Virus record (IMG/VR): IMGVR_UViG_3300010401_000040
Location: 1-56,547 of that record
Length of the DNA: 56,547 bases
DNA from: a virus
Lineage: Duplodnaviria > Caudoviricetes
Strand: one strand, 5' to 3'
In this document: piece after piece, positions 8,569 through 16,142 of the stretch
How the letters are laid out: each line of letters starts with the position of its first letter
Position numbering within the stretch: the first letter of the stretch is position 1
The notes under the pieces: generated by a model
Database searches by the model: none
What the model saw: the letters and a program-made list of their open reading frames with translations, nothing else
What the model was told of the DNA's origin: nothing
Program-made: the position numbers and the translations under genes

Positions 8569-8596
8569 AGTGTAGCAATATTGAGACGCAAGGCAA
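8569..8596 (-). promoter_or_regulatory. sigma70-type promoter of the Ubl operon
   Basis: TTGCCT-N16-TACACT with extended -10 TG (TGcTACACT). Confidence 0.6.
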
Positions 8597-8599
8597 GCC

Positions 8600-8992
8600 C
8601 TATTTACGCGCCTTTCGCTTCTTTTTGAGCGGCTTCAGGGTGAAGTGGTAGTTGTCGGGGTCCCTGTAGTTGAGGATATTACCAGAGAGGTTGCCGTAGC
8701 ATTTTGGATTTGGTCGCCAGGGGCAGCGCGGGTGGCACTGTTTCTTATGGAGTCGCTTCAGTTCAGCAACGGTCTTATTGGAGATGTGGCTATCGCCCCA
8801 CTTCATCTCATCAGCCCGCATTTTGCGCTCCAATGCCTTCGGCAGTTTTGCGCGCTTTAGCAGTTTCAGCCGCAGCCATCGCTCAGCTGTGGGTTTGTTG
8901 TGTTTGATGTAGGTCTTGCGGTTGCCGATGGGCTCGGTGGCCATCTCGAACAGTCGTCCGTGGTGGATGTGCCAGTAGTATTTTGCTTTCAT
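8600..8992 (-). CDS. basic hypothetical protein (130 aa; WHIHH and CHPRCPW motifs)
   Basis: GAAAGGAC RBS; probable metal-binding His/Cys residues. Confidence 0.75.
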   Translation of the reverse strand: MKAKYYWHIHHGRLFEMATEPIGNRKTYIKHNKPTAERWLRLKLLKRAKLPKALERKMRADEMKWGDSHISNKTVAELKRLHKKQCHPRCPWRPNPKCYGNLSGNILNYRDPDNYHFTLKPLKKKRKARK

Positions 8993-9345
8993 GCTGTCCT
9001 TTCCCTGGGGCTCCAGTCGAACACCCCTTTGTCACGCAGGATTTGGGCTGCGGTGTAGTAGGGCCTTTGCCCGGACCAGTTGATGCCAGCAGTGACCAGG
9101 AAGTCTCCCAGACCACCTGGGCTGATATATTCATGGGGCTCATTGCCGTAGCGCAGGCAGACCTCCAGTCCATGGAACTTCTGTGGAAAGAGGTGTAGGT
9201 CGTAACGCTGAATCTTCTGGCCGGGATGGAAGGGCACAGTGAAGCTGCACACGTAGCACTCCAGGCCGTGGCCGCACTCATCCACCCAATAGGGGACCAG
9301 GGTGTATTGGTCGTTGTCGCCCGGTGGGGGCAGTCGCTTGATCAT
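8989..9345 (-). CDS. hypothetical protein (118 aa)
   Basis: ATGA coupling, GGAGG RBS. Confidence 0.7.
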   Translation of the reverse strand: MIKRLPPPGDNDQYTLVPYWVDECGHGLECYVCSFTVPFHPGQKIQRYDLHLFPQKFHGLEVCLRYGNEPHEYISPGGLGDFLVTAGINWSGQRPYYTAAQILRDKGVFDWSPRERTA

Positions 9346-9500
9346 AGCCTGTCCTCCGGTTCGATGAGCTCAGCCATACGGTCGCGCAAGTCCACCTCGA
9401 GCATCTCGTCGCGCTGGCGCCTGGAGTAGCCGTGTTGGTCGCCAAAGTGCCACGCCATGGTGGAACACAGGGCGGTGATGAAGGCGATGGTGAAGATCAT
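9342..9500 (-). CDS. small membrane-anchored protein (52 aa, MIFTIAFITALC...), not in ORF track
   Basis: ATGA overlaps at both ends, AAGGAGG RBS, N-terminal hydrophobic segment. Confidence 0.65.
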   Translation of the reverse strand: MIFTIAFITALCSTMAWHFGDQHGYSRRQRDEMLEVDLRDRMAELIEPEDRL

Positions 9501-9904
9501 GGTGCCTCCTTGTAGATATCAGGCTCTTTGGTCCAGGGGATTTCTGGGTCTTTCATGACTTCAACCGTGCGGGATGCAGCGCAACAGAACCTGCGCCAAC
9601 AATAGCCATCAATGATCAACCCTTGCAGGTAGTTCACCAGCTTCTTGACCTCTTCCAGGGTGAGAGGGGTGTAGTCCTTGTCCTTATCAAAGGTGCGATT
9701 ACCTTGAGACAGCGTCCACTTGTCCTCGTCATAGGTATGGTCGCATGCCTTAACGATGGTCCAGAGTGGGACATTGTAGGCTGCACCCCAATCGCCCCTC
9801 TCGCCCCACCAGAAACCAATACAACCGCAGCTGACGCGGAAGAATGGCGTGTGGGACAGTAACAGGTTGCTGGGAACTACCGTGAGATGGTCCATGGAGA
9901 TCAT
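9497..9904 (-). CDS. hypothetical protein (135 aa)
   Basis: GGAGGTG RBS; ATGA coupling. Confidence 0.7.
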   Translation of the reverse strand: MISMDHLTVVPSNLLLSHTPFFRVSCGCIGFWWGERGDWGAAYNVPLWTIVKACDHTYDEDKWTLSQGNRTFDKDKDYTPLTLEEVKKLVNYLQGLIIDGYCWRRFCCAASRTVEVMKDPEIPWTKEPDIYKEAP

Positions 9905-10134
9905 GCTTCACCTCCCTCTTGCAGGTCAGTATTGATGTTTGGACGCGGTCGCACGTAGCTAGTGCGCGCCAGTCTTGTGGCCTTGCGTCCTGGGCTGGGT
10001 TTCTCGGCCTTGCGGCGTGCGATCCGGGTTTGGGCTGCGGCCTTATTCTTGGCCGTGCGGAAGAACTGCGCAGCATACATGCTTTTGTGCTTCGGGCCGC
10101 GGCGCAATTTGCGGCCACCTTTTGCTTGTGCCAT
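9901..10134 (-). CDS. highly basic small protein (MAQAKGGRK...)
   Basis: K/R/A-rich; start moved past the upstream hairpin. Confidence 0.6.
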   Translation of the reverse strand: MAQAKGGRKLRRGPKHKSMYAAQFFRTAKNKAAAQTRIARRKAEKPSPGRKATRLARTSYVRPRPNINTDLQEGGEA

Positions 10135-10160
10135 AGAATTAGTAGGTAGGAAGGATAAAG

Positions 10161-10216
10161 GAGACGGGGCAGAGACAGGGCGCTTCGGTCGCATAACCCT
10201 GCTCTACCCCGTTCTC
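10161..10216. terminator. long imperfect intergenic hairpin
   Basis: GAGACGGGGCAGAGACAGGG ... CCCTGCTCTACCCCGTTCTC. Confidence 0.55.
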
Positions 10217-10228
10217 TATCGGTTGGGG

Positions 10229-10810
10229 TTACTTCTTGGCTGCGGGTGCCGCCGGGGCCGGGCTAGCGGTAGTGGTCACGGTCGTTTCCACGTTCACCGC
10301 GGGTTTGGCACCATTGGCCTTTGCCAGCATGGCCTCAACCTCTTCCTCGCTGAACCCCATCGCCCTCGCGTATTTGAGGAACTGCGCCTTAGCGTCCTGT
10401 TTCATCTCGCGGGTTACCATGGTTTGCTGCTTGGTCCCGTCCGACAATTGCCGGGTTGTGAACTTGTGCAGCACCCAGTCTTGCGACAGCCCGGCGATAT
10501 GCTTTTTGACTGCGGTCATGGCTTCAGCCTTGATCTCGCGGGTCTTGGCATCCAGCGCATCGGCATTGGCTTTGCCTTCGAGTTGCAAGGCCTTGGCCAC
10601 GTCGCGCTTTTTGCCCATCGAGAAGTCGCCACCCACAACGACTCCTTTGGATACGACAGGTTTCAACCCGAACACCTTGGCAATGTCGGGGGAATTGTCG
10701 AATTGCGACACATTGAACAGGTCGCGGGTGACTACGTGTTGTTGGGGCTCTGCGACCACCACTTGGTTGGGGTTGGCTTGCGCAGTCGTTTGATCAACTG
10801 GTGTTGACAT
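10229..10810 (-). CDS. hypothetical protein (193 aa), likely highly expressed
   Basis: AGAAAGGA RBS; Ala/Lys-rich with low-complexity tail; flanked by hairpins. Confidence 0.8.
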   Translation of the reverse strand: MSTPVDQTTAQANPNQVVVAEPQQHVVTRDLFNVSQFDNSPDIAKVFGLKPVVSKGVVVGGDFSMGKKRDVAKALQLEGKANADALDAKTREIKAEAMTAVKKHIAGLSQDWVLHKFTTRQLSDGTKQQTMVTREMKQDAKAQFLKYARAMGFSEEEVEAMLAKANGAKPAVNVETTVTTTASPAPAAPAAKK

Positions 10811-10915
10811 ATGTAACTATCCTTTCTTTGGTTGTATGTTTAACGGCCACAGCCGACTAGGCTGCTTCACTCTATGGTGGCGTGATGCTTGCACTACCAC
10901 CACAGACTGAGACAG

Positions 10916-11119
10916 TCAGGTATGCACTTGGTCCCAAAGTTGGGTAACGTCGCAGGCCGGGAACCCGCCCTCGCTTATCACGTAGAAGCCGTCCTTTGGT
11001 GCCAGATGCAACACGGGGCACTCAAGGACTTCCCATGGCTCGAACATATTGAACGGAGCAAGGCGGATGATTCGACCGTCCTTAACGATCACTTGTTCAC
11101 GGATGATTTGCTCATTCAT
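10916..11119 (-). CDS. hypothetical protein
   Basis: ATGA overlap with upstream gene. Confidence 0.55.
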   Translation of the reverse strand: MNEQIIREQVIVKDGRIIRLAPFNMFEPWEVLECPVLHLAPKDGFYVISEGGFPACDVTQLWDQVHT

Positions 11120-11364
11120 TCGATCTGCCCTCCCTGTTTGTTCCACGCCAGTAGCTCGGGCATGGACGGATTTGCCTGCTCCTTGTCGTAGAAGAGCTCC
11201 GCAATGGCGTCAAACCCCATCTCACCCCAGGATCGTTTGAACCTATCAGGTTGCTCAACCCTCAGCGTATCTGCCGCATGCAAGGCGACCGATAAGGTAT
11301 AGGCAACCTCGGTCCCCATCTCGCGTTCAATGCGAGCCACAAGTTTTACAATGTCCATGCTCAT
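11116..11364 (-). CDS. hypothetical protein (MSMDIVKL...)
   Basis: AAAGGGG RBS. Confidence 0.65.
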   Translation of the reverse strand: MSMDIVKLVARIEREMGTEVAYTLSVALHAADTLRVEQPDRFKRSWGEMGFDAIAELFYDKEQANPSMPELLAWNKQGGQIE

Positions 11365-11375
11365 ACGCACCCCTT

Positions 11376-11552
11376 TCACTTCTGGATTGCCACCTCGCGA
11401 GCACTCGCAGGACGCGAGAGCACTTCGGCCTTCCACTTCACGTCATCGAACTTCGGGCTCATCTTGGCCACGGTCCTAAACGTCCCGTCCTTCTCAACCA
11501 CGAACATATTCCCCTGCTCTGCTTCGAACTTGGCTTTTGCTGCTTTACTCAT
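11376..11552 (-). CDS. small protein (58 aa, MSKAAKAKF...), not in ORF track
   Basis: GGAAAGGACAACAA-ATG initiation signal shared with other early genes. Confidence 0.7.
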   Translation of the reverse strand: MSKAAKAKFEAEQGNMFVVEKDGTFRTVAKMSPKFDDVKWKAEVLSRPASAREVAIQK

Positions 11553-11568
11553 TTGTTGTCCTTTCCAC

Positions 11569-11598
11569 TTGACCGGAAGTTGTATCCGGTGCTATTCA
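11569..11598 (+). promoter_or_regulatory. putative promoter
   Basis: TTGACC-N18-TATTCA with an overlapping inverted repeat ACCGGA-N7-TCCGGT. Confidence 0.45.
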
Positions 11599-11610
11599 CC
11601 CTATGGTGAC

Positions 11611-11895
11611 ATGATGCCTGCCTTCGTAGAACCAAAGCCTGCACTCCGGGGTAAGCCGAGACACTCGCGAGCGTTCACACAAGCCAAACAACTCCAGGAT
11701 CTTCTGTTTGACGACGCCTTCAAAGACGGGGTAAAGCCTCTAGAGCGTTCTTCCCTAGCTCGAGTCTGGTGTGAGCTCGAAGAAACCAAGCGTAAGCTGC
11801 GTATGCGACCTCTACCTAAGTCAGTGGACGTCAGTCACAACGGTAAGCCGCTGACCAAGGTCAAACCTCAGACGACGCCGACCTTTTCGGAGTGA
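11611..11895 (+). CDS. helical basic protein, candidate terminase small subunit
   Basis: Two amphipathic helices plus a basic Pro-rich tail; lone plus-strand gene; function is a guess. Confidence 0.45.
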   Translation: MMPAFVEPKPALRGKPRHSRAFTQAKQLQDLLFDDAFKDGVKPLERSSLARVWCELEETKRKLRMRPLPKSVDVSHNGKPLTKVKPQTTPTFSE

Positions 11896-12735
11896 GAATC
11901 GGTAAGGAATCTCTTTTCGGTCCCGACCGTCACGGCACCCCGTCCCGGTGAGGCCCCACGGCTGGGCGCCCCTGAGTCTGAGCCCCTCCTTCCGATAGAT
12001 ATGCAATTCCAAGAAAGGGGTGATGTGAAATGACTCCTGCACCGCAGTGGCCGCAGAGTTGGGCAGGGGTGCGACTGCCCTGAACAACGCACAATTGTTC
12101 TTCATGGAACAAAAAACCAATCGGTTGGGTTTTGCAGAGGTGAGAAGCCGCTGGTGGGGTTCGCCGCGCCGACTAGGTTTGAACTACCGTAGGGGGTATG
12201 GCTAAAAGGACGGCGCTGCGTGGGCTTGTGGGGATTGTCTTCCGATGTCTGGACACACCACCCCTCTACAGGTGGGGAGGTGCCTCGGAGAGCGTCCGAC
12301 TGCACGGGTGGCCAAACCGACTTCGGTCGTCGTCCCTAAGCCATTGCTTCGGGTTGTCGGGGGCCGGAACTGTTCAGTGACGATAGACCCACTGGGGTGG
12401 TTTTGGAGTCGCAAAGGCTCCCACCAAAGTGGGACGCGTTTTGGTTCCTAGCTGGTTTCTCTACCAGCGGAGACGGGGGACGGTCAACATCTGGGCGGCA
12501 TGAAGCGGCCACTGGACTCCCCGACCTGACGGAGGCGGTCTCCGCGAGGCGCGACCTACCCTTGCGGGCATCGTTATTTTGAGTCCTTAACTGAACTAAA
12601 AAAGAGTCCCCACCAGCGGCAAGCAGGTGGGGTGGTGTAGCCAGAGAATGACTCGAGCTACGGTTTTTTTCGACATGGGAGGTCGAAATCCTTTGACCCA
12701 ACCCATGTCTGAACTTGCCGTTCATCATGGGCGTG

Positions 12736-12765
12736 ACAATCGGCCCTCCACCCTAGTCCCGTCAA
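12736..12765 (-). promoter_or_regulatory. putative promoter reading into the 11.9-12.7 kb region
   Basis: TTGACG-N18-GATTGT, 7 nt before ATG 12728. Confidence 0.4.
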
Positions 12766-12775
12766 CAAAAATCTT

Positions 12776-12880
12776 TCACCATCGCATTTTGGAGAAGACC
12801 CAAATGAAGTAGCAGACCGCCAAAAGTCCACCCACAATCACCCCCACTATGAAGCAAGCTATGACACCATCCCAGGACAT
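12776..12880 (-). CDS. small single-TM protein (34 aa)
   Basis: Hydrophobic ACFIVGVIVGGLLAVCYFIWVF; GGAG RBS. Confidence 0.55.
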   Translation of the reverse strand: MSWDGVIACFIVGVIVGGLLAVCYFIWVFSKMRW

Positions 12881-13167
12881 CACTTCTCCAAAAAATACGC
12901 CTTCGACCAGTTGGTGGAGGTCTCCCCATGGCCCCCGCCGTCGAGCCGGGTGATGGCGCAGCAGTTGTTCATAGCCCACTCGACCACCAGGTAATCGGTG
13001 CCATAGAGGGCGTCGTGGATCACAAAGAGGTCTGGGAAGTTCGGCGGGGTCTTCTCCCGGCTCACCTTAAAACGCGTCTGCTTGGCCTCAAAGAACCTGC
13101 CACCCGGATCGCTCTGGGAGCAACCGGCGAGTGTCATAAGTGTCACGAGGCTCAGTAGTCTTTTCAT
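12880..13167 (-). CDS. lipoprotein
   Basis: MKR + hydrophobic stretch + lipobox LAGC. Confidence 0.75.
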   Translation of the reverse strand: MKRLLSLVTLMTLAGCSQSDPGGRFFEAKQTRFKVSREKTPPNFPDLFVIHDALYGTDYLVVEWAMNNCCAITRLDGGGHGETSTNWSKAYFLEK

Positions 13168-13346
13168 CCCTTCCTCTCTTTTTTGATTTCAGCATCCAGC
13201 TGCTGGTGGGCCATGTCCAGAATCCGCATCAGGTGGTCACCGGCGGCGAACTTCATCAGCTTCACCTGGTGGTAGTCCACCACCCAGGTTTTGGTAAACA
13301 TCCGGTCTCCCACTTTCTCGGAGACAACAATTTGGGTCAGTCTCAT
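13164..13346 (-). CDS. hypothetical protein
   Basis: ATGA-coupled chain; start taken at MRLTQ. Confidence 0.55.
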   Translation of the reverse strand: MRLTQIVVSEKVGDRMFTKTWVVDYHQVKLMKFAAGDHLMRILDMAHQQLDAEIKKERKG

Positions 13347-13489
13347 AACATCGGTCCAATTAGCGCCCCAAAGGAGCCCAGCAGCATTAGAATTGTCCCA
13401 ATCCACCGGTGCCCGTCGTGGTAGAGACCGTAGCCGATCATCACCACAGCCAGGCTCCAGATCAGGATTAAGAAGTTCCGCTTGCTCAT
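13343..13489 (-). CDS. small 2-TM membrane protein (48 aa)
   Basis: Two hydrophobic segments; ATGA overlap with the GroES-like stop. Confidence 0.6.
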   Translation of the reverse strand: MSKRNFLILIWSLAVVMIGYGLYHDGHRWIGTILMLLGSFGALIGPML

Positions 13490-13758
13490 CGCGGTATCAC
13501 CAGCGAGAGGCTCGACTCCTGCACGAGCCACATGTCGTTGCCCGCCTCGACTTTGGAATTGATTCGAAACTGGTCGAGGACCGCCAGTGCCCCTGGCGTT
13601 ATGGCCGGGTCGCACTTGGGACCGACGGCAATAACGACGTAATCGATCGCCCCGCGGCTGTAGGGGTCGTAGGTCTCGGGGAACATTATCCCGCCGTCGG
13701 ACTTAGCTTTGGGCGGCAACTGCCCCAGGAGGACATTGTGGCCGGTTGGTCGGATCAT
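13486..13758 (-). CDS. groES: GroES/Cpn10-like co-chaperonin
   Basis: IRPTGHNVLL (P..D.V), mobile loop KSDGGIMFP, VIAVGP, C-terminal LVQESSL. Confidence 0.78.
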   Translation of the reverse strand: MIRPTGHNVLLGQLPPKAKSDGGIMFPETYDPYSRGAIDYVVIAVGPKCDPAITPGALAVLDQFRINSKVEAGNDMWLVQESSLSLVIPR

Positions 13759-14791
13759 AGTGCACAAACTCACGTATTTGGTTAATGGTGAACTCCCGCA
13801 TGGACTCGTTCTTCTCAACATGACGCGCGATATACCAGTCTGCCGCTGCCCTCACAGCGGTCTTGGTGTCGTAACGAGGGGCCCATCCCAGTTTCTCCTT
13901 GGCCTTATCTGAACAGAGTGAAAGTGATCGGTCTTCCGGACAAATCTCGTCCCTCTTTAAGAGCGAGCAACCCAGTCTTCCGGGCCATCGTTCCTTGAAT
14001 TGGAGCGCCACCATGTAAACCTGAGCTAAGGGGCCGTCGGGCCCGAAGTTGAAGGCCTCGGGAATAAAATTCTCTCCCAGTTTCAGGTAGCCACAGATGC
14101 AATCCAGGACGTGCTGCCAGGGCCGCAAGTAAAACGGCTGGCGCAAGTCGACGTCCTTGCCTTCAGAGAAGGCCCGAAAGCAATCCGGGATCAACCGGTT
14201 CACTGCGTAGTCACCGCCGCCGATCACATTACCGGCGCGCGCGGTGGAGACGTTTAGTCCGTAGCTGTGGCGGTAGGCATCGCAGGCCAATTCCGCGGCC
14301 ACCTTGCTCATTGAGTAGGGGGTAGACCAGGAGAAATCGTCGGTCTCCTCGCAATTCTGGACGTGGGCGTCGTAGACCTTGTCGGTCGTTATTACCACCA
14401 CGGGAATCTTCAGCTTATGCCGACGCACCGACTCAAGGACACTCAAGGTCCCCATCGTATTGGTCTCAATCGTCGAGAGGGGAGATTCGAAGGCCTCACT
14501 CACGATCGGCTGGCCCGCCAGGTGGAAGATAATGTCGGGCATCACCTCCTCGATCTGGTAATAGACCGCGGCCAGGACGCGAACATCCATCCAGCCGTCG
14601 CGCTCAAAGGTCCCCTGCCCAATCACTTCAAATAGATTTGGTGAGGGGAACGGCGGGTGGGAGATCCCATAGACCCTGGCGCCAAGTTGGTTCAACCATA
14701 GCGAGAGCCATCCTCCCTTGAACCCTGTATGGCCCGTTACCATGACCTTTTTGCCCTCGTAGAAGCCGTTAAATAGGTCGAGCTCCCTCAT
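13703..14791 (-). CDS. rfbG: CDP-glucose 4,6-dehydratase (extended SDR)
   Basis: VTGHTGFKGGWLSLWL, FHLAGQPIV, TTDKVY, YSMSK, RAGNVIGGGD, RPWQHVLD. Confidence 0.92.
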   Translation of the reverse strand: MRELDLFNGFYEGKKVMVTGHTGFKGGWLSLWLNQLGARVYGISHPPFPSPNLFEVIGQGTFERDGWMDVRVLAAVYYQIEEVMPDIIFHLAGQPIVSEAFESPLSTIETNTMGTLSVLESVRRHKLKIPVVVITTDKVYDAHVQNCEETDDFSWSTPYSMSKVAAELACDAYRHSYGLNVSTARAGNVIGGGDYAVNRLIPDCFRAFSEGKDVDLRQPFYLRPWQHVLDCICGYLKLGENFIPEAFNFGPDGPLAQVYMVALQFKERWPGRLGCSLLKRDEICPEDRSLSLCSDKAKEKLGWAPRYDTKTAVRAAADWYIARHVEKNESMREFTINQIREFVHYDPTNRPQCPPGAVAAQS

Positions 14792-14792
14792 G

Positions 14793-15206
14793 TCAGCAAG
14801 TCGGCACTGGGACGATTTGCCCGCCGTGCTTGCTCACCATGTGAGAACGCCACGGCCCCGGCCTGGTGCTGATTATTGAGGTGCAGAGCGGGCACTGGGC
14901 CTTGGCTGGAGGCGCAACCTGTGGCGGAGCCTGGACCTCAGCTGCCGCCACAGGGCCCTGCGTTACGGAATTGGTGACGCTACTCGTGACGCTCTTTAAT
15001 TGATCCTCTAACTCGCGGATGCGCTTCAAAAGATTGACTAGCTCGTGCTGCGCCTTCATCCCCTCCAAGGCCATCTGGCGAATCTCGGCCAGCTGCGTCC
15101 TGGCCAGGTGCGGGTCGGGCAGAGCCGACATAAACTCGTCCAGCGTCTGCTCGCGCAATCGCCCTGGAATTCCTGGCACCTCAATGGTCTTGGGTTCTTC
15201 GGTCAT
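14793..15206 (-). CDS. coiled-coil protein with C-terminal C2H2-type Zn finger
   Basis: CPLC-x12-H-x4-H. Confidence 0.7.
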   Translation of the reverse strand: MTEEPKTIEVPGIPGRLREQTLDEFMSALPDPHLARTQLAEIRQMALEGMKAQHELVNLLKRIRELEDQLKSVTSSVTNSVTQGPVAAAEVQAPPQVAPPAKAQCPLCTSIISTRPGPWRSHMVSKHGGQIVPVPTC

Positions 15207-15388
15207 GTCTTTATTTGCGGGGTTTGGGTGAGCCAGATCATCAGCTTGTTAAACACACTCATACGCACGGGCTCGCCGTGGATCAGGCGGTGAAGGGTGG
15301 AGTGGTCGCAGCCTATCTCCCTGGCGACTGTCCGGTAGGACAAGCCGTTGACCTTCATGTAGGCCTCCAAGAGTTCACCAAGTTTCAT
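15203..15388 (-). CDS. XRE/Cro-like HTH regulator (61 aa)
   Basis: LSYRTVAREIGCDHSTLHRLIHG. Confidence 0.85.
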   Translation of the reverse strand: MKLGELLEAYMKVNGLSYRTVAREIGCDHSTLHRLIHGEPVRMSVFNKLMIWLTQTPQIKT

Positions 15389-15394
15389 TGGTGC

Positions 15395-15464
15395 ACTTTA
15401 GACACAGTTGTCTCAGAACGTCAACAGCAAATAATTGACTACCGGTTGGGGTATGGGTTAAAAA
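15395..15464. promoter_or_regulatory. back-to-back divergent promoters, both apparently leaderless
   Basis: Minus: TTGACG-N18-TAAAGT-N6-ATG. Plus: TTGACT-N18-TAAAAA-N6-ATG. Inverted repeat AGACA-N4-TGTCT in the minus-strand spacer. Confidence 0.65.
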
Positions 15465-15470
15465 CACCAC

Positions 15471-16142
15471 ATGCGATTGCGTGATAGGAACAAGTTCCCG
15501 CCGGGGGGCTTCCGCTTTTATGTCCCTGAGACGCGCTGGAGCATCCAGCCATGGGTGAGTTTCGATGTGGCAGTGCAACAGATTATCCAACACCGGCAGG
15601 CTAATCCCTTCCTCACCCAGAGCAAAGGCTGGAGCACTGACCCTGGCATCGTGGCCGACGAATTGGACGCCTTCAATGCCGCGGTCTGCGAGCAGATGCG
15701 GTGGATGGATTTTATCGGGGAGGGAGGTGGCCCTGCGGGCCCCCCAAAAGCGATGAGCCACCAGTCACCATCCAGCCGAAGCGCTCAAGTTGTTGCGGGC
15801 GTTAAGACGATTGCGGCCTGGGAGTTGGCCGGTGGCAACGTGGTCGATCGAGCTCTAGCTAACGCGCGCGCTAAGACCTGCTCAGCCTGCATCAAGAACG
15901 AGTCGGGCGACTTACTCTCCTTCTTCACCGAACAAGCGGCGCGGCTCATCAAACTCCAGCTAGAGACTAAGAACAACATGAAGCTATCGACTGACTTTGA
16001 TCCGCTGTTAGGCGTCTGCTCGGCCTGCGGCTGCGTCAATAAGCTGAAGGTGTGGGCGCCGCTGGACATAATCTTGAAAGAGATGAAGCCCGAGACCAAG
16101 GCAGCCCTGGCAGCCAACTGCTGGGTGCTGAACGAAAAATGA
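15471..16142 (+). CDS. hypothetical protein with C-terminal Cys cluster
   Basis: CSAC, CSACGC and terminal CW. Confidence 0.75.
   Translation: MRLRDRNKFPPGGFRFYVPETRWSIQPWVSFDVAVQQIIQHRQANPFLTQSKGWSTDPGIVADELDAFNAAVCEQMRWMDFIGEGGGPAGPPKAMSHQSPSSRSAQVVAGVKTIAAWELAGGNVVDRALANARAKTCSACIKNESGDLLSFFTEQAARLIKLQLETKNNMKLSTDFDPLLGVCSACGCVNKLKVWAPLDIILKEMKPETKAALAANCWVLNEK

Noticed and set aside
414-10807. Long plus-strand ORFs (414-1178, 1731-2612, 2808-3518, 9962-10807, 10236-10793)
   Set aside because: Antisense shadows of well-supported minus-strand genes in GC-rich DNA; no RBS or motifs.
12102-12728. ORFs 12336-12728, 12202-12414 and 12102-12305 as proteins
   Set aside because: Ser/Arg/Pro-rich, mutually overlapping and motif-free; only the first has a plausible leaderless start, so none was annotated.
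15203-15470. Lysogeny switch implying a temperate lifestyle
   Set aside because: Only one short HTH; no CI peptidase domain, integrase or ParA seen. A plasmid-like state cannot be excluded but is unsupported.
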